Assembly: GCA_964016885.1 (NCBI GenBank)
Contig: OZ024750.1
Coordinates: 34,968,001-35,032,000 of the forward strand
Source: Eledone cirrhosa
Lineage: Eukaryota
Reading direction: 5' to 3'
Length of the DNA: 64,000 bases
The notes under the pieces are model-generated. The model saw only the letters and a list, made by a program, of their open reading frames with translations. It had not been told where the DNA came from and searched no databases. Every line of letters begins with the position of its first letter. Positions within the stretch are counted from its first letter, which is position 1. Below, one piece after another: positions 50,480 through 60,113 of the stretch. Position numbers and translations under genes: made by a program.

Positions 50480-52089
50480 ATTCACATTACTCTATATATA
50501 TACTATTATATTTTCATGGTAAAGACTTTATCTCACATAATATCTCACATAATATTCACATTACTCTATATATACTATTATATTTTCATAGTAAAAGCTT
50601 TACCTCACATAATATCTCACATAATATATCACATAATATTCACATTACTCTATATATACTATTATATTTTCATGGTAAAGACTTTATCTCACATAATATC
50701 TCACATAATATTCACATTACTCTATATATACTATTATATTTTCATAGTAAAAGCTTTACCTCACATAATATCTCACATAATATATCACATAATATTCACA
50801 TTACTCTATATATACTATTATATTTTCATGGTAAAGACTTTATCTCACATAATATCTCACATAATATTCACATTACTCTATATATACTATTATATTTTCA
50901 TGGTAAAGGCTTTACCTCACATAATATCTCACATAATATTCACATTACTCTATATATACTATTATATTTTCATAGTAAAAGCTTTACCTCACATAATTAT
51001 CTCACATAATATTCACATTACTCTATATATACTATTATATGTTCATGGTAAAGACTTTATCTCACATAATATCTCACATAATATTCACATTACTCTATAT
51101 ATACTATTATATTTTCATGGTAAAGACTTTATCTCACATAATATCTCACATAATATCTCACATAATATCTCACATAATATTCACATTACTCTATATATAC
51201 TATTATATTTTCATGGTAAAGGCTTTACCTCACATAATATCTCACATAATATATCACATAATATTCACATTACTCTATATATACTATTATATTTTCATGG
51301 TAAAAGCTTTACCTCACATAATATCTCACATAATATATCACATAATATTCACATTACTCTATATATACTATTATATTTTCATGGTTAATACGCCGAGGTT
51401 AACTCTGCCTTTCATCCTTACGGGGTCGATAAAATAAAGTCCCAGTAATGTACTGGGTAATTGCTGGCCTTGTGCCAAAAGTAGAAACAATTATATTTTC
51501 ATGGTAAAGGCTTTACCTCACATAATTATCTCACATAATATCTCACATAACATTTACATTACTCTATATATACTATTATATTTTCATAGTAAAGGCTTTA
51601 CCTCACATAATACCTCACATAATATCTCACATAACATTCACATTACTCTATATATATACTATTATATTTTCATGGTAAAGGCTTTACCTCACATAATATC
51701 TCACATAACATTCACATTACTCTATATATATACTATTATATTTTCATGGTAAAGGCTTTACCTCACATAATATCTCACATAACATTCACATTACTCTATA
51801 TATATACTATTATATTTTCATGGTAAAGGCTTTACCTCACATAATATCTCACATAACATTCACATTACTCTATATATACTATTATATTTTCATAGTAAAA
51901 GCTTTACCTCACATAATTATCTCACATAATATATCACATAATATTCACATTACTCTATATATACTATTATATTTTCATGGTAAAGGCTTTACCTCACATA
52001 ATATCTCACATAACATTCACATTACTCTATATATACTATTATATTTTCATGGTAAATGATTTACCTCACATAATTATCTCACATAATAT
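50480..52089. repeat. Minisatellite, ~19 units of 72/84/96 bp, inside the inner MITE
   Basis: Unit ATTCACATTACTCTATATATACTATTATATTTTCATGGTAAAGGCTTTACCTC followed by a variable number of 12-bp ACATAATATCTC subrepeats; contains the quasi-palindrome GGTAAAG-G-CTTTACC. Confidence 0.97.
51386..51489 (+). mobile_element. 5'-truncated tRNA-SINE (family A) inserted in the minisatellite
   Basis: Matches the 3' half of the full-length copy at 63664-63850; 16-bp TSD ATTATATTTTCATGGT at 51370-51385 and 51490-51505. Confidence 0.9.
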
Positions 52090-52420
52090 CGAATCTATGA
52101 GATTTTGAAAGTATTTATTTTGAGCACAATACCTTAACATCAGTGTGAGTGGCTGGTTATAGCCGGTTTGAAGAGAAATAGGGAGAGAATTCTGGCTGGT
52201 TTTGGCCAGTTTGAACATTAATGGGTTAATGTTTCTATGAGGGGCCAGTTATGGCTGGTTTGAACAGAAAGAGGTGAGAATTCTTGCCAGATATGGCTGG
52301 TTTGAATGTTATAAGGTTAGACATTGTGAACTAATGTACTAATAATTGTTAGCAAAGAAGAAAAATAAAAATGCCTTTTGTGCTACAAACATACAGTAGT
52401 AAAATAAAGTTATAATAAAT

Positions 52421-53233
52421 AATTGTTTCTACTTTTGGCACAAGGCCAGCAATTATTCCAGTGTATTACTGGTACTTTATTTTATCAGTAATACTGTTTT
52501 ATCTGATGCTCTACCGATTCTACCAATCTATATTAGATAAATTATGGTTTTGGATTTATGTGCAAGGCCAACAATTTTTGGGAAAAGGAAAGTTAACTCG
52601 ACCCCAGTGTATTACTGGTACTTTATTTTATTGACCCCATAAGGATGAAAGGCAAAGTTAACCTCGGCGGGATTTGAACTCAGACCATAAAGGGCCGTAA
52701 CTCTTTGCTGCAAAGCATGGCTTCTGACCCTTGATGTCTTGTTTAATCTGATGCTCTACCAATTCTATCAATCCATATCAGATAAATTATGGTTTTGGAT
52801 TTATGTGCAAGGCCAACAATTTTTGGGAGAGGGAAAGTTGATTAAAACGACCCCGGTACTTTATTTTACCGACCCCATAAGGCAAAGCTAACTTCTGTAT
52901 GATTTTAACTGAAACTGTAAAGGGATGCAACTATACATCATAAAGCATGTTTTCCAACGCTCTACCGATACTGTCAATCCACCACCCTTTTATACCTATA
53001 TATAATTGTTTCTACTTTTGGTACAAGGCCAATAATTTGAAGGGAAGGGGAAAGTCAATTAAACCAACCCAAGTGCAATACTGGTATTTTATTTTGTCAA
53101 TAAAATACCAGTATTGCACTGTAAGGATGAAAGAAAATGCTAGCCTTGGCAGGATTTAAACTCAGAACAGAAAGAGTAAGGACAAATACTGCACTGACAT
53201 TTTAACTGTTGCTCCACCAATTCTGCCAATCCA
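52421..53233 (-). mobile_element. Head-to-tail cluster of four decayed family-A SINE copies
   Basis: Repeated (GC/GT)ACAAGGCC...GGTACTTTATTTTA...AAGGATGAAAG...GATTTGAACTCAG blocks starting near 52421, 52545, 52790 and 53004. Confidence 0.85.
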
Positions 53234-53561
53234 TATTAAGTAAATAATGGAAATATATAATTAATATAAATACATTTGTTTAAAAGCCAAAATGAAAATT
53301 AAAGTATTGCATAAGTTGTTTTATGAAATATTTCTTAAATTAGACATTTCTAATAATTAGAATATTTATTTGTACTTGTATTATAGTTATGGAGAAGAAT
53401 CGTGTATTACTTGTATAGAGGAAATTAATTAAATTTGCTGATTACTTTTGCAGTTGGGTTATTACAAATAAAGAGAGCATCCAATTATTGAAATACAGAA
53501 TTTTTATTTAATATTCCTAGATTTAGGTTTTCAATTTTAAAATATTATTTATCTTCATTAA

Positions 53562-53824
53562 CCCTTTAGCATATCTGGTTAGAATTCTCTTACTTATTTC
53601 TGTTCAAACCAGCTGTAACTGGCCACTCATACTGATGTTAAGGTATTGTTTTCAAAATAAATAATATCAAAATCTCATAGATTTAATATTATGTGAGATA
53701 ATTATGTAAGGTAAAGCCTTTACCGTGAAAATACAATAGTCAATATAGAGTAATCATCATCATCATCATCGTTTAACGTCCATCTTCCATGCTAGCATGG
53801 GTTAGTAATGTAAATGGTAAAGGG
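53562..53824 (-). mobile_element. Unexpanded copy of the same TTAA MITE family
   Basis: TTAA|CCCTTTAGCA...GTAAAGGG|TTGA; its reverse complement aligns with the 50471-52225 copy but holds a single minisatellite unit. Confidence 0.85.
53755..53803 (-). mobile_element. 3'-terminal SINE/RTE-tail fragment with (GAT)n tail
   Basis: (CAT)5CGTTTAACGTCCATCTTCCATGCTAGCATGGGTT flanked by the 6-bp TSD AGTAAT (53749-53754, 53804-53809); similar to the tail at 61470-61527. Confidence 0.8.
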
Positions 53825-54700
53825 TTGAATACTAATTAGAAAATAAATATTTCTGCTATGTTTATAAATATTAGTCATATATGATAAAGCATATTTAATA
53901 CTATCAGGTTCATTGTAAAATGGTAATTCTGTGGTCAAATCAGTTTTAACAGTAAAACATAGGGAATACAATTTCAATTGACCCATTAAAAATATTGATA
54001 ATGTACTGTTTTCTGTAAAAAACCAAAAGCTTCACTGTCTATACAAAATAAATATTTTATGAAGTATGTGTATAGTGTATGGTGAGTAGGTTATCGTATA
54101 TTTGGAGTTAAATCAATTGAATATTCTATGTTTGATCTGCAACATAATTTATGAAGCTAACTTGAGTGCAATAAAATCTAGAAAGAACAGATAATCAAAA
54201 ATATTGTCAGATGTTTTTGGACCAGTAGCTGAAGACATGGGAATATAGTTGTTTATAACTGTATTTTGGGACTAGAAATGTAGTTAAATGAAGACATGGG
54301 AATACACTTCTATATAACTGTATTTGTTTGTCCTGTCAATTATGTAAAGCATTAACATAAAGGGTTCCATAATTGGCAAAATTGTGATGAAAAGTAAAAT
54401 GACTTACTTTAAAGCACAGTGGCCAGGAATCACTGGTATATCATCATTACCACCAATATCACCCCTACCACTACCAACAATAACATCATCATCATAACAT
54501 CACCATCATCATCATTTAAATAACTGAAAAGGAGTGTTAGTGTTGAAATTGCAAGTTTAGTCTCAATTGATTGAAGCTTTCTCCAACATATTTAGAATGC
54601 AAGTCTCTATGTATATATGTGTGAGAGAGAGACAAACAGACAGAAAGTGACAGGCTTACAAATTAACACTAGATATTTCCACAATAAATTTAATATTCTC

Positions 54701-54770
54701 TTTGTTTGTTTGTGTGTGTGTGAGTGTGATGTGTGTGTGTGGTGTGTGTGTGAGAGAGAGAGAGAGAGAG
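54701..54770. repeat. Compound microsatellite (TTTG)n(TG)n(GA)n
   Basis: Seen directly. Confidence 0.9.
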
Positions 54771-55413
54771 GGGGGAAAGTGAGTGGCTTACAATTCAAAA
54801 CTATGTATTTCTACATTATATTTATCTCACATTTTCATGTGTTTTTGTGTCAATATTTATTATTTAAATAAAATATGTCTAAAACCAAACAAAATAAATG
54901 GAATATAGGGATAAAAATGTTGTTTGTCTTGCTAAGGTTCATATATAATCATTATTTTCTCACCAATAGAAACTAAACATATTGAAGGAAGAGTCATATA
55001 GATCCTGTCATAAAGACAACATAACCCACTGGGGAAGGAATGGATATGTTAAACACTAATTTATTCTTGTAATTGTCTTCTACAAAGTCATAAACAAAAT
55101 TCTATTAATGAAGAAATTTGATTCTGCACATCTTAATTTTGAATTATTTTGCTACAATTCAGTTTTAATTTTTCTTGGCAGCTATCATTTTGTAATAGAG
55201 ATTTTGAAAACCTCTAAGGCAATTTAAACTGTTATAAATGATCAACTATTTTCTTATTTGTTATTTTTTCTACTTCATTCTGACTAGTTTGGATTTCGGG
55301 GAATCAGATCCATTGTAGACTTATTCTGTTATGTCTCATGCCAATAGGGGATTTTTACTCAGGAAAATTTCAATGGGAGTAAAGTCTAACATGAATATTA
55401 TATAGTAAACCTG

Positions 55414-56095
55414 CTTGTCTATAAACTACACATCTCCATAATAACTTATCTATAAACTACACATCTCCATAATAACTTGTCTATAAGCTGCACATCTCCA
55501 TAATAACTTGTCTTTAAGCTTCACATCTCCATAATAACTTTATATGAACTCCACATCGCTGTAATAATTTGTCTATAAATTCCCCATCTCCGTAATAACT
55601 TGTATATAAACTTTGCATCTTTATAATAACTTGTATATAAACTCCACGTCTTTATACTAACTTTTATATAAATTCCACATCTTTATAATAATTTGTATAT
55701 AAACTTAATGTCTCCATAATAGCATGTATATAAACTCCATATCTCCAAAATAATTTGTCTATAAACTCCATGACTCCATAATAACTTATCTATAAGGTAC
55801 ACATCTCCATAAGAACTTGTCTATAATCTACACATCTCCATAATAACTTGTCTATAAACTACATGTCCCCATAACTTGTCTTGAAAGTCTACATCTCTGT
55901 AATAACTTGTCTATAAATTCCACATCTCCATAATAATGTGTCTATAAATCCTACATCTTCATAATAATTTGTCTATAAGTTACACATCACCATAATAATT
56001 TGTCTATAAGTTACACACCTCCATAATAACTTGTCCATAAGCTACACATCTCCATAATAACTTGTCTATAAGCTACACATCTCCATAATAACTTG
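55414..56095. repeat. 31-bp minisatellite, ~22 units
   Basis: Consensus CTTGTCTATAAACTACACATCTCCATAATAA; central units are more diverged than the terminal ones. Confidence 0.95.
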
Positions 56096-56382
56096 GTTAG
56101 AAGCTTTCTATCACTATATAGTGACATCATTTCTTTCAACACTTAAATTATTAAACTGGGTTTTCCTTGCAGATATGTTATTGCTCCTATTTTCTTGTTA
56201 CATTAATAGCATCCCGCCATAGAAACCAAATCAAAACAAAGTGTACAAGCAGAACCTAGTCACCTGATTGGTCTAGTCTCAGCACATGACAGTAGACGCA
56301 TGGAAAATAGATGTTAAATGAGTGCGAATACATGCAATTTATTTACTGTCTCTGATAGCTTCATATACGCCAGTTGCATGTG

Positions 56383-56679
56383 ACTGACTGGCACTCCGTC
56401 AGTTATGGCGGTGAGTGTTCCAGTCGATCCGATCAACAGAACAGCCTGCTCATGAAATTAACGTGAAAGTGGCTGAGCATTCCACAGACACATTTACCCA
56501 TAAAGTAGTTCCCAGAGAGATTCAGTGTGACACAGAATATGACAAGGCTGGCTCTCCAAATTACAGGTACATTTTTGCCGGCTGAGTGGATTTGATCAAG
56601 GACACATGCTGCCAGGAATCAAACTCACAACTTTACGATTGTGAGATGCATGCCCTAACCACAAAGCCATTTGTCTTCA
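56383..56679 (-). mobile_element. tRNA-derived CORE-type SINE with (CAGT)n tail
   Basis: Minus strand has A-box-like TGGCTTTGTGG, B-box-like GAGTTTGATTCC and a partly deleted CORE-like TGTGTCCTTGA...CCACTCAGC; 13-bp TSD CCAGTTGCATGTG at 56370-56382 and 56680-56692. Confidence 0.8.
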
Positions 56680-56697
56680 CCAGTTGCATGTGCTTTT

Positions 56698-56898
56698 AAT
56701 AACTTATTCACTGTCTCTGATAGCTTCATGTACCCCAGTTGCATGTATGCCTATATTAACTATTTATTGTCTTTGATTACATCCACCCCTATATTATTAA
56801 CTTATCCCTTGTCCTTGATAACATCGACTCTTATAATAACTATTCACTGTCCTTTATAGCATGTACCTTTATATTAATAACTTATTCACTGTCCCTGA
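56698..56898. repeat. Degenerate ~40-bp tandem repeat
   Basis: AATAACTTATTCACTGTCC(C/T)TGATA...ACCCCTAT-like units, about 5 copies; a further copy at ~56340 is split off by the SINE. Confidence 0.7.
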
Positions 56899-57187
56899 TG
56901 TACCCTATGTAGCTACATATACCCTATGTAGTCACATCTGCTCCTATGTAACTAAATGTATTCCTATGTAGCTACATGTACTCCTATGTAGTTACATGTA
57001 CCCCTATGTAGTCACATGTACCCCTATGTAGCCACATGTACCCCTATGTAGCCACATGTACCCCTATGTAGTTACATGTACCCCTATGTAGCCACATGTA
57101 CCCCTATGTAGCCACATGTACCCCTATGTAGCCACATGTACCCCTATGTAGTTACATGTACTCCTATGTAGCCACATATACTCCTAT
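56899..57187. repeat. 20-bp minisatellite, ~14 units
   Basis: CCCCTATGTAGCCACATGTA repeated; two degenerate units resume at 57477-57507 after the LINE fragment. Confidence 0.95.
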
Positions 57188-57476
57188 AATAAATAATGAT
57201 AATAATAATGAAATTATTGTGTAAAGTGCTCAGGTGCACTACAACTCGTCAAAGGTGTATGTATAGTACATAGAATAATACACAAATGTCAGGGAAGCGA
57301 ATAGTGTCATGGTATACATGTGTGTATGTGTATGGAGGGGAACATCAGCTGTAGTGTTGGCGGATCTCGGGAAGCATGGAGGCCTTAAAGGATGCAGTGT
57401 CTCGAGAGCTAACAACTGATGCAGGTAGTTTGTTCCATGCTTCAACAACTCTGCGCGTGAAAAAATGTTTCTGAAT
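57188..57476 (-). mobile_element. CR1-group LINE 3' fragment (ORF2 C-terminus, 3'UTR, (ATT)n tail)
   Basis: Minus-strand 57473-57345 translates QKHFFTRRVVEAWNKLPASVVSSRDTASFKASMLPEIRQHYS*, matching the CR1-group C-terminal pattern FF.xRVV..WN.LP..VV......FK. Confidence 0.85.
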
Positions 57477-57521
57477 CTATGTAACTCTATGCGCCCCTAT
57501 GTAGCTCATCAAGTAGACTTG

Positions 57522-57767
57522 GGAGATGCATGACCTAGTGGTAAGTGTGTTGAGCTTACAATCATAATGCCATGAGTTTGATTCCTGGACTGGGTTGTGT
57601 ATTGTATTCTTGAGTAAAACACTTCATTTTATGTTGCTCCTATACTCAGCTAAAAATAAGTACCAGCAGTATCTGGAGGTTTAATCCTGCTATGGACGGG
57701 CTTCATGTCATGGAAACTGAGGTAAGTGCTGGCCTGGTGAGTTTCTGGGCTCGAAACAGACGTTTTT
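57522..57767 (+). mobile_element. Decayed tRNA-derived CORE-type SINE
   Basis: Head GGAGATGCATGACCTAGTGG, B-box-like GAGTTTGATTCC and CORE-like TTCTTGAGTAAAACACTT...ACTCAGCT, similar to 61180-61322; different 3' part. Confidence 0.7.
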
Positions 57768-58588
57768 AGAAATATACTTGGACAATATCTAAAATAAACA
57801 TCATAGAAAGAGTCAGTAAACTTAATTGTGAGGAATGAAAAATCTAATTACATATTGTATTTTTATTTTAATGTACAATTTTTAGCTGAACACAATTCCT
57901 TATAACATGCCAATAATATAGTAGAAAGGAATATTCTTCTTGGGATTAGCAGCAAAAGTAAAATTGGAATTTTTATGATTAAAATTGTTATCTGTTGGTT
58001 TATTTGATAAAGGTTTTGGATATTAAAATTTGTAGCAACTTCAGAGAAGCTATAGAATAAATATCTCTGTTCTGGTTCTGCAAGAAATAATCAACGGTTA
58101 ACTATTAAATATTTGTTTGACTGTAATTTTTCTTTCCCTCATCTTGGAAAATGTGTAAAGTTGTATTGATATGATAGAAAGAGAAATCACTGGAAAATAA
58201 GTCAATAAAAAGAAATATGTTATAAATTTTCTTTAAAAGGATGAAGATATTCATTGAAAGTTTATTTAATGAACTTTTTCTTAAGATGAAGCATGGAGCC
58301 AGTGATTTATTGTCACAAGTAACTAATCATCTAAGGGTTTTTTATGTATAACATATCTTTATTTCTTGTAATGTTATTAGGAACTTAGAAGAATTCCTTT
58401 TCCATTGGAATAGGCAGAGAAAATATGAAAAAAAAACTCTAAGTAAATGAAACAACAGAAAAACCATCCATCAGTGAAACAAAATGTTTTCATTGTTCAA
58501 ATCAAGAAGAAGGAGCTGAATTGTTTGAAAAATACCCCCCCCCCCCCTCATCCACTCCACACAGATGCCCATAACTAATAAATAAATA

Positions 58589-58870
58589 CTGTATGTACTC
58601 AAATATAAGCCAACCTCCATGCCATTTTATGTCTGAAAAATGGGCAAAAATTCAAGCCCCATTTATAAGCCGATGTAGCAATTCAACATATTGTTTAGAT
58701 GGTGTATATAAGCTGGGTTACCCTCTTTTATGTCTGAAAAATAGGCAAAAATCTAAACCTCATTTATAAGCTGAGGCAGCTAATCAACACATTGTTTAGA
58801 TGCCACCATTTTATGATTGATTTTTTTTTTTTTGTCACTTATTCCTCAATTTATATTTGAGAATATACAG
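58589..58870. mobile_element. Tc2/pogo-like MITE with two internal ~100-bp repeats
   Basis: Terminal inverted repeats CTGTATGTACTCAAATATAA (58589-58608) and TTATATTTGAGAATATACAG (58851-58870), 18/20 complementary; TA on the left, GTA on the right; internal duplication TTTTATGTCTGAAAAAT...TTGTTTAGATG. Confidence 0.7.
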
Positions 58871-59009
58871 GTATTTACTTTGCATTTGCAAAAAATATTT
58901 CATGAGAACTTTTATTCATCCCATTTTACTAGCCCTTTACCCTTATTTATTGTTATATCACATATTTATTAAATTGTTTGGCTTACTATAACATATACTT
59001 TACTATTAA

Positions 59010-59343
59010 GTTTTCATGCAGCAAGCATCCCTGGGTATATTTCCCCACCTCCCTGTAAGTTCACTCTCAAAAGACAATTATCTCTTTAGTCATATAGAAG
59101 TAAAGGGACGAAACATTTGTTTGCGGGATGTTTCTTCTCTGAAGAATTTGTGCTGTTCAGCTTTCCTGAGAGTATCTTACCACTTATGTTTTCATTCAGA
59201 TGCATCCCTGGGTATATTTCCTCTCTGTCATTCTTGCAAATTCACTACCAAAAGGCAATTATCTCTTTAGTCATACTAAGATATTGAAGCTATGGCTAGA
59301 CTTTGTTGATGAGTTCTAATAAGAGTGAAATATGTCTGGAGTT
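59010..59343 (+). mobile_element. Partial direct repeat ending in a decayed hammerhead-like motif (Penelope-like pseudo-LTR candidate)
   Basis: GCATCCCTGGGTATATTTCC...CAATTATCTCTTTAGTCATA at ~59025-59094 and ~59202-59275, followed by TTGATGA-stem-GAAA-TATGTC at 59306-59336. Confidence 0.4.
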
Positions 59344-59619
59344 ATCACTATAATACTAAACTACATTTCATATTCAATTAATTAATGACGAATTTTGAGG
59401 GATTTACTAATATTATTAATTATTTTATTACTAAGATAATAACTTAATGTAAGGGTCATATATAAAATTACCCTGGAAGATTATAATTTAAATTGGAAAC
59501 CTTTAAAATTTGTGGTTGTATTTCATAGAACCAGAACTGGTTTTGGCTGCGTTGGTAACTAAAGGGTTAAATTCTACTAAAAAAAACAGATTTCTGTAAA
59601 AATATTCTACTTTTATTGT

Positions 59620-59909
59620 ACCACACAGTGTGACAGACTAATACTTGCATTGGTTTGGACATGTGATATGCATGGACAATGATTGTTGGTTAAAGAGGTG
59701 CCAAGAATGTCAGTGGAAGGAAGCCGCGGTTGAGGTAAGACTTGGCGGAGGTTGTGAGAGCTGACCTCAAATCACTGAGACTCACAGAGAAGATGACAAA
59801 TGATTGCAGTGTATGACAAAAGATGACAAAGGATTGCAATGTGTGGAGAGATGCCGTGCTGAAAAGGACCTGTTCAACCCATGAAAGTCTAGAAAAGCAG
59901 ATGTAAAAA
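59620..59909 (+). mobile_element. RTE-clade LINE 3' fragment (frameshifted)
   Basis: Translates LHWFGHVICMDNDCWLKRCQ / VEGSRG*GKTW / EVVRADLKSLRLTEKMT...VWRDAV, matching the RTE C-terminal LxWFGHVxRM...GxRxRG..KTW...WR pattern. Confidence 0.85.
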
Positions 59910-59928
59910 GTAGTAGTAATAGTAGTAG

Positions 59929-60113
59929 TTGTTTCTACTTTTGGCACAAGGCCAGCAATTACCCAATGCATTACTGGTACTTTATTTTATCGACCCCGTA
60001 AGGATGAAAGGCAAAGTTAACCTCGGCGGGATTTGAACTCAGAATGGCAAGAGCCGTAACTATGCATCAAAGCATGGTATCCGACCCTCTACTGATACTG
60101 CCAATCCACCGCC
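59929..60113 (-). mobile_element. Full-length family-A tRNA-SINE
   Basis: Reverse complement of 63664-63850; A-box-like TGGCAGTATCAG, B-box GAGTTCAAATCCC; (ACT)n tail at 59909-59928. Confidence 0.9.

Larger units (their letters stand above)
50471..52225 (+). mobile_element. TTAA-flanked piggyBac-type MITE, inner copy, internally expanded
   Basis: TTAA|CCCTTTAGCATTCA...TGAACATTAATGGG|TTAA; target-site duplication (TSD) TTAA at 50467-50470 and 52226-52229. Confidence 0.85.
50351..52316 (+). mobile_element. TTAA-flanked piggyBac-type MITE, outer copy, split by a second copy of the same family
   Basis: TTAA|CCCTTTAG left end at 50347-50358. The 5' part ends at AATACCTTAA (50470) and resumes at 52230 with sequence colinear to the inner copy's 3' part, ending AAGG|TTAG. 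Confidence 0.8.

Noticed and set aside
50516-52059. 290-aa and other Ile/His/Tyr-rich ORFs
   Set aside because: The frame stays open only because most minisatellite units are multiples of 12 bp; they lie inside a MITE.
57733-57765. Hammerhead-like CTGGTGAG...CGAAAC
   Set aside because: The core is mutated and stem II does not pair in the required register; better explained as a SINE 3' hairpin.
59104-59150. GGGACGAAAC...CTGAAGA as a second hammerhead
   Set aside because: A GAAACAT/ATGTTTC stem exists, but stems I and II cannot be formed.
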